From Chara braunii (Eukaryota; Plantae; Charophyceae), in contig BFEA01000032.1 of the NCBI GenBank assembly GCA_003427395.1, positions 1,807,782 to 1,871,781 of the forward strand: a DNA stretch of 64,000 nt. The letters are read 5' to 3'. Position numbers and translations under genes: made by a program. This document shows, in pieces, positions 1 through 12,659 of this stretch. The notes below the pieces were generated by a model, which had not been told where the DNA came from, made no database searches, and saw nothing but the letters and a program-made list of their open reading frames with translations. How positions within the stretch are numbered: position 1 is the first letter of the stretch; every line of letters starts with the position of its first letter.

Positions 1-103
1 AAAAAATCTTAGGGGGTCGCAAGGGGGGCGCGCGGGGCCCGAGTAGGATCGGATAGGGTAAGTCAATAAGCAAGGTCGATTAGGATGTGAAGCTTCTTGT
101 TCG

Positions 104-156
<53 letters not shown>

Positions 157-1278
157 CCTCCAAAATTCTTTAACCTTTAACCCTTCCGACACCCCTTCCC
201 CTCCATGGCATGTTACTAACCTCTACCCTCACCTGTTACATTGACAGGGGACGAACGAGAAGGAACTTGGTCCTCACTTGGTGGAAAGCGAGGGCGAGGG
301 AAGGGCTGCCGGTCCCTTGTGCCACCAAGAAGGAAAGGATACGAGGCTATTGAGAACAATTGGGAAAGCGGAAAGAGGTGCAGATTTTGGACGAGGTCAA
401 TTTGACTCAGCCATCCTCCCGGACTGCATGACTAAGGCGATTGGATGGCTTGCTTGCGGGAAAAGGGAAGGGAACTCTTGAGGGGAGTTGGAAGGCAAAG
501 GGGACTTAGGATTGCGGAAGGGGCGATGTGTTGATCCCAACGGGGGGGATCGTACTTGGTGAATTGTCTTATGTGGTCTCGCGCAGGTGAGTAGCTTGGG
601 ACGAGTTGGATGGGGCTGGATCCACGGATGAGGACTAAGATGGGAGATTGGCTAAGGGAAAGGACTTGGACCCGGCCTAAGCCGTGAATGCGGGTTGAGT
701 TGTGGCCGGCGCTTGAGCGGGTGTTTGATGCATGGACTCGGCTTGTGTGGGGGTGGCGTGGAATGTCTCTCTCTCATGTGCAATGCGACGCCTGAAAAGA
801 CTAAGGGCGGTTTTGGGTAGGTAGATGTGATGCTAGTGGCTCTCGCAAAAAAAATATACAGGCTAGGGGTCCGAGCGTCGCCGCCTCACCCCAAGGATGC
901 CGTCGGGGATGGCTTGAGCTACTAAGCTTAGTGAAAAGGTGCGTCGCCCAATGGATGACGCTTGGCCTACGCACGGAAAGAAGACGAGACCCCAATGAAC
1001 CCCCTGGACTGCTTGCGTATTGGAAGGAGCAATCGCCTGGTCAGACCTAATTGAATCCAGAAAACGCCACAAGTGCCCAAAGAGCTACCATCTTGACGCG
1101 AGAGCGGAGCTACATCCCCCAATGTAAAGCCCTCTCGCAAAAGGCCCACTCCCATCCATCTCAAAGCACTAGGTGGGGGTGCCCCTGGGACGAACGACCC
1201 GCGCCCAGAGCATGAGCGTGGGCGGGTCGAGCCAAATGGAACCCGAAGTGGGGTCGACCGAGGCTCGAAAATCCTTCA
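1..1278 (+). mobile_element. 3' portion of a Gypsy LTR (relative of the element A LTR), inserted into the PLE ORF1
   Basis: Colinear similarity to 20085-21398 and 6057-6997 (e.g. ctcacctgttacattg..gaacga, gactgcatgactaagg, gagctacatcccc, gtggggtcgac..ctcgaaa). Similarity ends at CA (1277-1278), where PLE coding sequence begins. Confidence 0.65.
108..152. repeat. (TC)n microsatellite inside LTR
   Basis: Direct reading. A homologous (TC)n lies at about 20085-20118. Confidence 0.95.
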
Positions 1279-1279
1279 G

Positions 1280-2112
1280 GGTAAGGCCCCGACATCGGTG
1301 CGGCTGGCAGCGAAGTTACAGACAAGTAATAAGAAGACCAAGAAGACGCCGAACAAATGCACGTCGAGGAGAGGGACCCCGAAGACGAAGTTTGCGGCCA
1401 TGACGGGAGCCGCGGGAAGGGTCAAATTCGTACGAGAGAACGTTTGACGACTTGAAGGAGATTTGTCGTAAAGAAGGTGTGGATTACGGTAACAAGGCCA
1501 TCGCAACTATCAATATTGCCGAGAAATGCGCAAAGGATGCTTATGACGCAACAACGATCCGGATGACTGCTGAGATCGTGCACAAGCGGTTATCGGGTAG
1601 CTGAAAATTCACGAATGAAAATTCTGAAGTGGGAGCTTAGGGCAGTCTGAAAATCCTGAATGGTCCTGAAGTGGTGAAAGATCCAAAGACCCTGAAAACC
1701 AGCTGTTTAAGCAGGTTGCATCCTGAAGTGGTCAAGTAAGAATTTTGGGCAGTCTGGAAATCGTGAATGGTCCTGAAGTGGTGAAAGGTCCGAAGACCAT
1801 GAAAACCACCCTTCACCACTTGAGGATGCAACCTGCCTAAACAGGTGGTTTTTAGGGTCTTCGGAGCTTTCACCACTTTAGGACCATTTAGGATTTTCAG
1901 ACCTGAATGGTCCTTAAGTGGTGAAAGGTCCGAAGACCCTAAAAACCACCTGTTTAGGCAGGTTGCATCATGGAGTGGTGATGAGTGTCCTGAAGTGGTG
2001 ATGAAAAATACGACTCTTGTTAACCTTCTCTCAGATCGTGACACAAGAAGGCGAAGAAGATACGACATTTTTCGAGGATGATGAATCGCAAGGGGAGAAC
2101 CTTGCCGCATGA
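1280..2112 (+). pseudogene. C-terminal part of an upstream ORF (ORF1) of the PLE: basic region, then DDLKEICRKEGVDY (SAP/LEM-like by eye), then acidic tail
   Basis: Manual translation. Removing the 1581-2032 insertion plus one TSD restores the frame ...MTAEIV|TQEGEED...LAA*. One stop/frameshift near 1445. Confidence 0.55.
1581..2032 (+). mobile_element. Non-autonomous DNA transposon, 8-bp TSD family, copy 1
   Basis: TSD AGATCGTG at 1573-1580 and 2033-2040. Termini CACAAGCGGTTATC...GTTAACCTTCTCTC. Internal CCTGAAGTGGTGAA repeats in both orientations. Confidence 0.85.
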
Positions 2113-2118
2113 ACCAGT

Positions 2119-4969
2119 GTGGACGATGAACGTATGTGGTTGTTTGTCTCATGCTTGACGAATAAACGAAGACAGGGTAAGTTGGACAGGAAGTTGGAGA
2201 AGATTTACCGCATGGTGCTGATCTTGCTTACATTGAGTGGGCAGATTAAGTGGCTAACTAAGTGTGTGGACACTTGGGTGAAATTGTATAGGGTGGAGGG
2301 TCTGGACTTTTTGGAAGGAACTAACTTGGTGTACTTGTTGGCATCACCGTATTGTTGTGCACAATGCGTTGGCCAGACGACGAGAGATATGAACGTGAGG
2401 TGGAATGAGCACGTGTCTAGATATGAGAAACGGAGTAAGGACAGCCACTTGTATCGATGGTGGCCGAATTTTGGTTGGGAGTCGTACGTTTTGCTATCGA
2501 TTGCGAGATGTAATGACAGCGCACTGATAGCGCACGAACGGTTGTATATTCAGTAGTGGTGTCCGACTTTGAACACAAATGGTAAGCGAAGAAGGAGAGG
2601 ACGATGCAATAAGAAGAGAAGAGGGAAGAACAAACACAAGCAGAGCAGAAAGGTTGACTGAGGGTCACCAATTGAGAGACGCGCGGTACCAATTGCAGTG
2701 AGTTAGTACCTTGGCCGAACTCAAGAAGGCGGGGGTTCGTGAGTGTGAGTTGGAATCATCGGGGGGTAATTGTTGCCTTGAGGGATGGAAACGGATTCGA
2801 ACCGCATTTGGGATGACGCATATGGGTAAGGCAAGTGAGAGGTTGACTTTGGGGAAGAGTAAGAAGCGGTTGGAGGAAGGAGGGGTCATGAAGATATGGT
2901 ACTTGCGACGCTGGTACCCGAAGGTAACTCACGATAAACAAGCGTTGATTAAATATCTTCGGAACCCGAGGAAAATTCCGGACATAAAGACCCTCGAAAC
3001 CGAGTGACTTTTCAAGTTCTACAGAGCGGCTAAAGAATTCTAGAAGAAAGGAACAAGGTCTTACCTGTGGAGGATTGTGTCCAGAGCAATTAAGGAGTCT
3101 ACGAACTGGCAAATGAGAGTTGATCTAACGGTCAAACTAAAGTTTGACGACAGGGTGAAGTTGTCTGAAGTAAGGAAATTAACGAATGACAAGATCGAGG
3201 ATTTCGCACTTCCTACATGCATGTCGTTGAGAGCACGTAGTAAGGTGAAGATCGTCTGGGTGAAGAACCCAACGATTGGTGACCTACTGCACAATGAACG
3301 GACGTTTGCGAAAGCAAAGGTTTGTGCCTGCACTTGTGCAGATTTACCCTATCCACGGATACGAGATCATATGCGCTTCCGACTACATGAATTGGAGGAA
3401 ATCGATCCACTTGTTGTGAATGTTAAGAACGTGCCTAGAGCAGCTCATCCACAACGCGCCGACGTACTGATGAAGGAACTGCAGGAGACTTTCGTATCGT
3501 GGTCGAATGGTAACAGACAGCCTACATCGGCATCATTGGACGAAGTCTTGAAGTGCATGGCGGAGACGAGACCAACGGATCGCAACTATATTGATCTCGA
3601 TACTATCAAGGCTTTGAAGGAATCACTCGAAGGACTGGTATGCACACCACTCGACAGAAACCCAGGGGAGACTTTAGTTCTCTGTCCGAAGCTGTACCAT
3701 GAGGCGATGATGACGACTTTTGTCTGTAATCCGGGTTACAGGATAGCAAAGGAAGATGAATCGTTAGTGAAGGAGGAGATGAAAAAGGATTTGAAGGAAA
3801 AGGGTTTAGTTCATTTGGCACGATTTGATGGGAAAGGATGTTTTGGACAGGCTTATGTCCTGCCAAAACACAAGGATTTGGATCGGTATCGGCCGATCTG
3901 CCCATCATACTCCGAACCAACTGTCAGGATGTCGCGTTGCATTGCTAAAGCACTCAATCATTTTTTGTTTTCTCTACCGCAGCGGTGATACTTCAATCTA
4001 AGGACGGTGTCGGACCTGACACCTATGATCGGTAGATTGAAGCAGAAGATTGTACGAAAGGAGGGGGGTAATACGCACATAACCACGATGTCGTATGACA
4101 ACAAGGACATGTTTAGCAAGTTGCCGTATGAGGAGATCTTGCTGGCTATCAATTGGATCATTAACCACTACGTTGAGAAGGGAAAGAGTATGATGACAGT
4201 TAACCCAAGAGGATGGGGCTGCACTTTCGGAGCTACAATAGGTGCGGACCACTGGCGGAAGATTGATTTGGAAGATTTGCGGAACTTTGTGTCTTTCGAG
4301 TTGGAACATATCTATGTGAAAGCTACCAATGTCTTGTTGCAGCAGCGGGTTGGCATCCCCATGGGGAAGAGTACCAGCCCTCCACTTGCTTGTATCCTCT
4401 GCGCTCACGCAGAGTACAAGTTTTTGTCAGCTCAAGGAAAGGACAACGAACGAATCATAGAAATCCAGTTGACCGACGATGTGAGTGTACTGATCTTCGG
4501 CAAGAGCCAAGACACTGAGAAGTGTGATCAAATCCGTAATGCGTTTGAAGTCTGTTACCCCAGTAACTTGACGTTGAAGTGCACTGATGATGGTCTCGGT
4601 AAGTGGGATTTTTTGGGACTGAGAATGACGGCGCAGTCTAAGTTTTCATACATTAGCTCTGTACAAGTCTCGAAGAATGAAGTGAATCTGTGGACGAATG
4701 AGAAGCTCAAGTTCAAAAACGGGCAGAGTTACTACTCCTGGGGTAGTAAAACTCAGAAGAGCACCATAATTGCGGGTTATTTGCACCGGATAGATAGGAA
4801 TACGACGACACGTTCCGACTTGCCCGAACAGGTGCTCGGGTTATGCAGAGAGTTGAGGATTAAGGATTTCCCGATGGATTTTTTCATGCGCACATTGAAG
4901 CGTTTCATAAATTGTAGGGATAGAATCTGGGAAGCCATTTACACGTGGCTAGACACCCGTTTTTACTAG
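2119..4969 (+). pseudogene. GIY-YIG endonuclease + Penelope-type reverse transcriptase ORF (stops and a frameshift)
   Basis: VYLL..CVGQTTR..RWNEH..HE (GIY-YIG, ~2326-2545). RT motifs LPKHKD..YRPI, SYDNKDMFSKL, QRVGIPMGKSTSPPLA, LTDD, WDFLG. ORF pieces 2119, 2711, 3077, 4007. Confidence 0.88.
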
Positions 4970-5879
4970 GTGCTACGCCTACGAGACAGTGGATGGTTGT
5001 TACGTTACTGTATTTTTTTCCCCACGCTTTGTGTGAGCCCTGTGTTGACTTTTGCCATGTTAATAGGTTGTCATGTCTTTTTTGTGTTTGTTGACTGTGA
5101 GTGGCAGAGAACGTAGCCGTTACTACTGGGTTTGAGTAACTTGGCTGATTTGCACGGAACAATAACATTGTAATAATACCTTTGCTACGTATGATGATTA
5201 CGTTTTTTTAGGATTTTTTTTGTACCACAGTACAAACTTGTGTAATCGATCAATTCGAAGGCGGATGTATTTGCTTTGTGGGTTGAAGTTTTGTTTGGTT
5301 GCCTTAGCCTTGGACACGGTTTTTGCCAAGCTGATTAATGGTGCTTACAGAACGAGCATCATGCTGAGCCCTGGGTTTTCTAATTTTTCTAATTTTTTTA
5401 ATTTTTCAGTTTACTTTAACTAAAAGTAGGGTTGATGCCATACAAAGTGTAGCTTGCTTACAGGTCGTGTATCTGGCCCAGTCTTGTTTTACGATTAGGC
5501 CTTGAACAGGTTTTGACCCGTTTGTTTGTCCGGTAGAGCACGTACCTGGTTTGTTTCTTTTCTTTCTGATATTTTGTCCAGTTGCATGGAGGACCAGATG
5601 GTCCAGGTACCGGACTAGTACTTTTTAGAAGTTTCTGTTTTTTTGTCGTTACATGGCTTTGCACCGAACGAGGATAGTCAATACTACTCGTATGCTTTGT
5701 CGGCCGTCTCGTTTTTCAAGATAGCGGGATTATAACAAAGAGTTAGCAGGTTAGCGTTCCAGTACTCCGGGTTAGTGCAGTACTTTGCTTCGCCATTTCC
5801 GGAGATGATCGACGCAGCGACTGACGTTAGGACTGTAGAAGAAGGGATTGAGGGTTAGGGAAGAAGCATGGGTGGAGAA

Positions 5880-5925
5880 ACCCCCTGAAGACGATTGCGT
5901 GGCGGCGATCGAAACCGGTCGGGGT
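5880..5925 (+). ncRNA. Minimal type I hammerhead ribozyme
   Basis: ACCCC-CUGAAGA-C-GAUUGC(GUGGCG)GCGAUC-GAAA-CCG-GUC-GGGGU. Stem I ACCCC/GGGGU, core CUGAnGA and GAAA, 6-bp stem II, palindromic ACCGGU stem III, GUC cleavage triplet (cut after 5920). Confidence 0.85.
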
Positions 5926-6056
5926 AGCCATACCCACCGGAACTGGTCTGTGAACTCTTGTATTTTTCATTGGCAAGTGTAATTTTGTGTGACTTGTCTA
6001 TGTATTTGAAATTTCTTCTCCATTACCACTCTTTATTTCTTTCTGAAACTTCTGAA

Positions 6057-6997
6057 ACTAAGGGAAGAGATTGGTCTAGACTAAGGAAGGAAAAAGAAAA
6101 GCACAAAGGGCTAAGAAAAAAGAAACTTAGGTTTATGGGAGAGATTGTGTGTTGACCTCATGTGAGGGATGTTTTATATAAATTGTGTTGAATGCACATT
6201 TGAGTAACCTAAGGAGTCGTTGAACGGGATTGGGTCACTGGTATGCCGGGCAACAAAGGAAAAAAGGGGTTGAGGTCAAACGGGTTGTGGACTTAACCCC
6301 TCGCCCTCGAATGAGTTCTTGAAGCATGTCTGTGCAAAGCAAAGTCGGCTATAGAAAACTGCAAAGACATAAAGCGGCCAAGAAGACCTCCTAGATTAAA
6401 ATGAAAAATTTGAGCGTGTATGAGGGATGGGGTACCGAAAAGACTAAGGGGTGTACATGATGAATGCAAAGGATAAAAAAGACGTACATGATGTATGCGA
6501 CAACAAAAGTCACGGGTAGGATGGCCGAAGAAGGAAGCAGGCAAAACCCTAGGGAGGCGTAGGGGGATCGTGGGACATGGTCCATGGGCCGAGCCGAAGG
6601 GTGGCCGCAAACCGAACAAGGCTTTAAGGACTCCTTGCTTAGTGAATGCATGCGTGGTCCAAGGAAAACGCTTGGCCTATGCATAAAAGAAGACAAATTT
6701 TCAATAAACTCCCTTGACTGCTTGAGTATTGGAAGGAGCAATTGCATGATAATACCTCAAAACATCAAGAAAACCCGCGTTTTGACGAAAAGATTGACGA
6801 GACTACCATTCGGTGAAAGGGCGGAGCTACATCCCCAATGTCAAAGCTCTCTCGCAAAATGGTCCATCCCCATCAATCTCAAACCACTAGGTGGGGGTGC
6901 CCCTGTGACGAACGCTCTGCGCCCTGAGCATGAGTGTGAGCGGAGCATACCCAACTGGGACCCGTAGTGGGGTCGACTCATACTCGAAAGTCTAACA
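6057..6997 (+). mobile_element. 3' part of the 5' LTR of Gypsy element A (5' part displaced by PLE insertion)
   Basis: Aligns to 20458-21398 at a constant offset of 14401 and ends in ...GTCTAACA. Confidence 0.7.
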
Positions 6998-7189
6998 GGG
7001 TACAACCATATAACGTCATCACATAGAAAGAACAGACAGTGAAGTTAAACTTAGTAAAACGTTTGTTTCCTTGTATTTGCTTTGAATAATTCTTGTTGTA
7101 CAAATTGCGTGCGTCGTGGAATTTATTTTCGTCTTCTAATTTTATTTATTGTGCGATATCTGCACGTTTACAAAAATGAACTCTCTTTC

Positions 7190-10100
7190 GAAATGTTTGC
7201 ATGCCTCTATCTTGACTTGGTTCATTCCGCTTCTTTTTCTTCCTCATTCCTCTTACCGTCTTTGCTGATGAAGAGGGGGTGAAACTGAAAACCCGTTGTC
7301 AGATTGATGCAAGAAGGCAGACGTTTGTCAGCCTCCATCGCCAACTTCTTTATGAGATACACGGTGCTGGTCCAGATGTTCAAAGACACGTTCACAAACA
7401 AATCAATCTGTGTGATGCCGAAAGAGATTTGTAGGGCGTTGAGACTGTCGTTCAAATGATGGAAACAGGCACGAGGGTCGAAGACCGCATTAAGCAAGGA
7501 TGATTGATCCTTGATCAATATTTCTCTGAGAGCTTTGAAAAGATGAACCAGAAAGGAAAAGAAGAAAAGAAGGAAGAAAGAGAAAAAAGAAAGGAACCAC
7601 AATTGTCTGTGGAAATAATGGAGGAGAATGTCAGGCAGCTGGAAGATACATTAAGAGAAGAGAGAAGGAAAATTGAAGAGTACAAAAGATTCAAAGAACA
7701 ACAACAACAAGAAGAAAGAGAGATGAATGAAATGACGTAAAAGTTTCATGATGAAGAAGCAGCTTGTGAGGTTTTATGTATTCTTTAGTCGATTATAGTC
7801 TACCTCATTCATCTCAAGAAGAAGATTGACAGTAACACCGCCGCTATGGAGACAATGATCAAAATGACGAAGGGAAAATAAAAGGTAGTATATGAGGAAG
7901 TGGCCAAGGGGGGGAAAGACAAGAAGAAAGCCCAAGAAAAATAATGAAGGATGCAATAAAACGAGTGACACCCAAGAAACCCGAAGGTTCTAAGAAAGAA
8001 CCCGAGAGACAACTTGAGAAGAAAGAGTCACCCACCAAAAAGAAAAAACCCGAAGGAAGCAAAAAAAACAAAGAAGAAAGAAAAGTTTAAAATGAAACTG
8101 TCATTTACGTACAATAACAAGAAGGAAATAAACTTGTTATTGTGGATTGTGAAAATTCTCACCTACGTCGGAACAGCACCCGTTGGGTCCGAGAGTCAGG
8201 TCCCTTTCTCCACGTCGTGTTCGGGAGGAGTGGCTAAGGAGTGGGTTCTGGTCGAAGCCAATGCTGCTAGCTTCGAGGATATAGGTGAGTGGGCTAAGAC
8301 CTTGACATTGAGACAATTTCTCCAAAAGATTAAGCAGAGATTTCTTGATAAAACGACAACCGATAAGGCTTTCGACGAACTCACCACCACTGGTCAGAAG
8401 TGTTGGTCATCGGTTGATTCACTGTCACGTGGGGTTGATTTTCTTTTGTAGGTACGTGGACTGAATCTGCAAGACGACCAGGTATTGTATATCTACTCAC
8501 GTGCACTACCCGAGCCCATTCATGGACAGCTTTTGGCGGAAACAAAGTCAGGCAAGTATGATTATTGACAGTTCCGCGATCTCGCTGTGCAAAGAGAGTA
8601 GATGACCGCGCAAGTCAAAGGTACGTACACTTCGGTAGTCAAATCGGGACCAGTTGGTGGGTACGGCAAGCGGGTTCTCTGGCGGTAAAAGCGTCAGGAT
8701 CATATGGTTGTTGTATTTGATAATGATACGGTAGAGAAGTTACCTCTTGGTGAGTCTGAGGGAGGAAGAGGTAACGGCAGCAGTGAGTCCAGTAAGGGTA
8801 ATGTCACTGTTGTCATGGCGAACAAGGAAGGTCAAGGTCAATGGAAGAAGAAAAGGAGGCGTTTCCCTAGCATCTCGGCATCACGTTCGGGGAACCTTGG
8901 GAGAAAATGAACATGACCCGAAAGAAGTGGCAGTCAAAAGTTGACAATCGTCAGTGCCTCAAGAGTGACACCGTGTGGCACGTGATAGCCTGGTGCCCAC
9001 TTATTCGAAACCCAAAAGCGACCAGTCAGTAGGAGTAGCATTTGCTCCTACTGAGTCGAAGGGTTTAGACCCAGAAAAAGGTACGGTGCTTACAACCTCT
9101 TTTACCCCTTCGACTCTCAAGGCAGAGGATGGTTCGTCGTCCGCCCGTCTCACTTTGACGAGCTCGGCAATAAACTGATAGCACTACGGAGCTCGTGGAC
9201 GAAGAAAACAAAGACTAAGGATGAGTTGATGATCGCAGATATTGAGATTACACACACACGAGGACGTGCCCTGTTAGATCCGGGATCGACGTGGTCTTAT
9301 ATATCAGAGAAGGCATTTCGTAAGTTCCATCTAGGAATGAAGGTAAAGGATTTACCTAGATACATTACGTCTATCTTGGGTAACAAAAGCGTGATCACTT
9401 TTTTTCAATATATCGATCACTTTTTTTCAATATATCGATTACACACACGAGGATTAAGGAAGGTAATAAGATTCTACAAGAGATATCCTTACTAACAGAA
9501 AAAAACCTACACTTTTATATGATTCTGGTAATGGATTGACACGAGGAAGCCGACCCAGAGGTAAGGTTCAAGGATAAACTTGTCAAACTGAAGAATGAGA
9601 AGTCTGAATCACGTGTTATAAAGTTACATTATAGGTTTGACTCTGACTCTACTATGTCTTTCTGTTGTATGAGTTATCCAGTTTTTCACTCGATGGTAAT
9701 ATAAAAGAAGTTGGATAAGAAGGTGATGATGGTGTTTGTCAAGCGAGTAGGTGAGTGTTCCTCATTTTATTCACCTTCTATCGAAATACTTCTCGATGAG
9801 TATAAGGACTTGCAAACTGAGCCGACGGGAATTACTGAGCATGCTATGAAGCACACAATCGAGATCACTCCCGAAAGCAAGATTCTCAAAGGTCTCATCT
9901 ACCGAATGTCCCCAAGGGAACTTGTGGAACTTTAATAGCAGTTGCAAAAACTTACTAACAAGGGATAGATTTGCCCTAGCTCATCTCCTTACGGTGCGCC
10001 TGTCCCAAAAGGAAGGTGAACTTCGTTTATGTCCTGATTATTGTGGGTTGAATTTCGTCACTACTAAAAACGTGGAACCTCTTCCTCGCATTGACGATTT

Positions 10101-12618
10101 ATTGGATCAGTTGCAAGGGTGTAGATACTTCACCAAGATTGACCTAAAGTCAGGGTACAGCCAGATTGAGGTGGCTCCTGAGGATCAACACAAGACGACA
10201 TTCCGAACCAGGTATGATCACCACAAGTTCGTGGTTATGCCCTTCGGTTTGACTAATGCACCTGCAATCTTCAAAATGTCCGTGAACGAACTTTTTCGAC
10301 AATGGCTCGATCAATTCGTAGTAGTCTATCTCGATGACATTCTAGTGTACAGTAAGACACTGGAAGATCATGAGAAACATCTACGAATAGTCTTGCAGAA
10401 GTTGCGAGAATGAAACTTCAAACTGAATACGAAGAAGTCAGAGTTTGTTAAGCCTGAAGTCTTGTGCTTAGGGCATATAGTAAACGAGGAAGGACTAAGG
10501 TCTGAAGAAAAGAAGATTACAACAATCAGAGATTGGTCACAACCTAAGACTATAACCGAACTAACATCTTTCATAGGACTTCCTAGCTACTATAGGAAGT
10601 TCGTCAAAAACTTCTCCTTGATAGCTGCTCCTATGAGGAGATTACTGAAAAAGGAAAAACATTGGTTGTGAGACAAAGATTGTGAGTCATTGTTTAGAAA
10701 GTTGAAACATACTCTGACTCACTACCCTGTCCTAAAGATTGCTGACCCTTTTCGTCCTTTCATAGTCACGACTAACGCAAGTCAGTATAAGATTGGGGTT
10801 GTGCTATAACAAGATGGCGGTAAGGGATATGGACCTGTCGAGTTTATGTCTGAAAGACTTTCGTTGTGGAAAGTGACCAACTGCACCTATGAAAGAGAAT
10901 TATATGCCTTAGTTGCTGCACTAGACACTTGGAAGCACTACTTATTAGGGAGGCATTCAAATGTATATACTGAGCACTCTACGTTCAAGTGGATCAAGAC
11001 TCAGGCTAAACTCTCCGACAAGCTGGTAAGGTGGTCCGCATTCCTTGATAAATTCAACTTTGAGGTGAAAATCATCAAAAGAAAGTCTACCGTGGTTGCG
11101 GATGCTTTGTTTAGGTGTGCCGATTTCTTTGGAACTATTGTATCTTATCTCGATATTGGAAGTGAATTGAAAGAACGGATCCGCCAGGGTTATGAGAATG
11201 ATCCTATTTGAAGTGCTATCATTGGAACTATGCGAAAGAACCCTGAATTGTTTCCAGAATATCGAATGACTGATGACTTACTCTTCTTGTTCGACAAAAT
11301 CGAAGAACGATTGTGTGTTTCACACTTAGAACCAATCAAAAGTTTAATTATTGGGGATGTCATGATGCTGAAGGTCACTTTGGTTTTATGTGCGAGAACC
11401 TTTTGAGTGGAAAGGAATGAAAAAAATATATTAATGTATGTGCGGACTTGTCATGTTTGTCAGAGGAACAAACCCACACATGAGAATTCGATGGGATTAT
11501 TAAGACCGCTGCCTGTTTCAAGTGAGTCAGGTGAGTCTATCTCTATTGACTTTATGAGCCTCACTAAAAGTCGAAACAACAACAGGCAAGTAATGGACAT
11601 TATCAATAGATTCTCTTAGTATGCTATGTTCATTACTTTGTCTGATGAAGCTAAAACCGAACTCGTCATTCAAAAGTTTCAAATGCGATGGGACTCTAAG
11701 TATGAATTTTTCAAAATCATTATATTAGATAAAAATGTTCGGTTCACCAGTCTACAATGACAAAATTAATGGAAGTCTATGTAACCAGGTTAACCATGTC
11801 GTAAGGGAGACATTCTGAAACGAATGGTCAAACTGAGCAAATAAATCGTCTTTGCCAACAACTTTTGCGAATGTATGTACGACCTGATCAGATCGATTAG
11901 GATGAGAACTTGCCTAAAATTGTTAGTGCTTATAATAATAGTATTCATACTGTTATAGGTAGAACACCTAACGCACGACATAAAGGATGAAAACCTAGGC
12001 GTCTCATTGATGCATTAAGAAGGGACTATATTCATAGGTTACCCCGAGGTACACATAAATTCGCAGTGATGTATGAAGAGGTCATTAAGAAGCTGAAGCA
12101 AAACGTACATGAAGTTCGGTTACAAATGATTGAACAAGTTAATAACACATCGTCGTCCTTCACAATTTCAAGAAGGGAATTTTATTTGGGTTAAGTCTAA
12201 AGAGTTTTCCTTAGAAAGAAATGTGTCTAAGAAACTGTTACCTGTCTACTACGGACCCTTAGAAGTTTTCAAAGTGATTGGAGAAGAAGATGAACCTTCA
12301 TATCGTATAGATGTACCTCTACATCTAAGGACATACTCTTGCTTTCATGCGTCTAAACTGCTACCCTACGAAGAAAGTGATAACTTTTTGAATAAACCAT
12401 CTCTATTTCCACCCTCTATGAATGAAGGTTATGAAGTTGAAAGGATATTGGAACATGACTATTTCTCTACAAGTGGCAGAGGACGACCTCAAAAATAGTA
12501 CAAGGTAAAGTTCAAGTCTTAACCTCCGTCTGAAGCCATATGGTTTAGTAGGAAAGAACTCCTACCTATGGCTTCTGACATTGTTGCTGCTTATGAACAT
12601 GGGTTAAATGAAGATTAA
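7190..12618 (+). pseudogene. Ty3/Gypsy chromovirus gag-pol (element A), degenerate
   Basis: Gag with decayed knuckle CLKSDTVWHVIAWC (~8955). Protease ALLDPGST (~9268). RT PLPRIDDL, KIDLKSGY, MPFGL, YLDD. RNase H YERELYA. Integrase H..C..C and SIDF. Chromodomain YEVERILEH..YKVKFK..AIW (~12430-12600). Many stops. Confidence 0.9.
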
Positions 12619-12659
12619 TGTATTTCTGCGATTGAACTCGAAAATTGGGCCGACAGGAA

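Larger units (their letters stand above)
1279..6058 (+). mobile_element. Penelope-like retroelement with N-terminal GIY-YIG (Naiad/Chlamys-type domain order), decayed
   Basis: GIY-YIG motif precedes a PLE-type RT. Hammerhead in the 3' region. Ends in TTCTGAAAC x2 where an LTR resumes mid-sequence. Confidence 0.85.

Noticed and set aside
2711-4007. Selenocysteine readthrough of in-frame TGA codons in the PLE ORF
   Set aside because: TAG stops and a frameshift are also present, the TGAs are explicable as decay, and no SECIS was identified.
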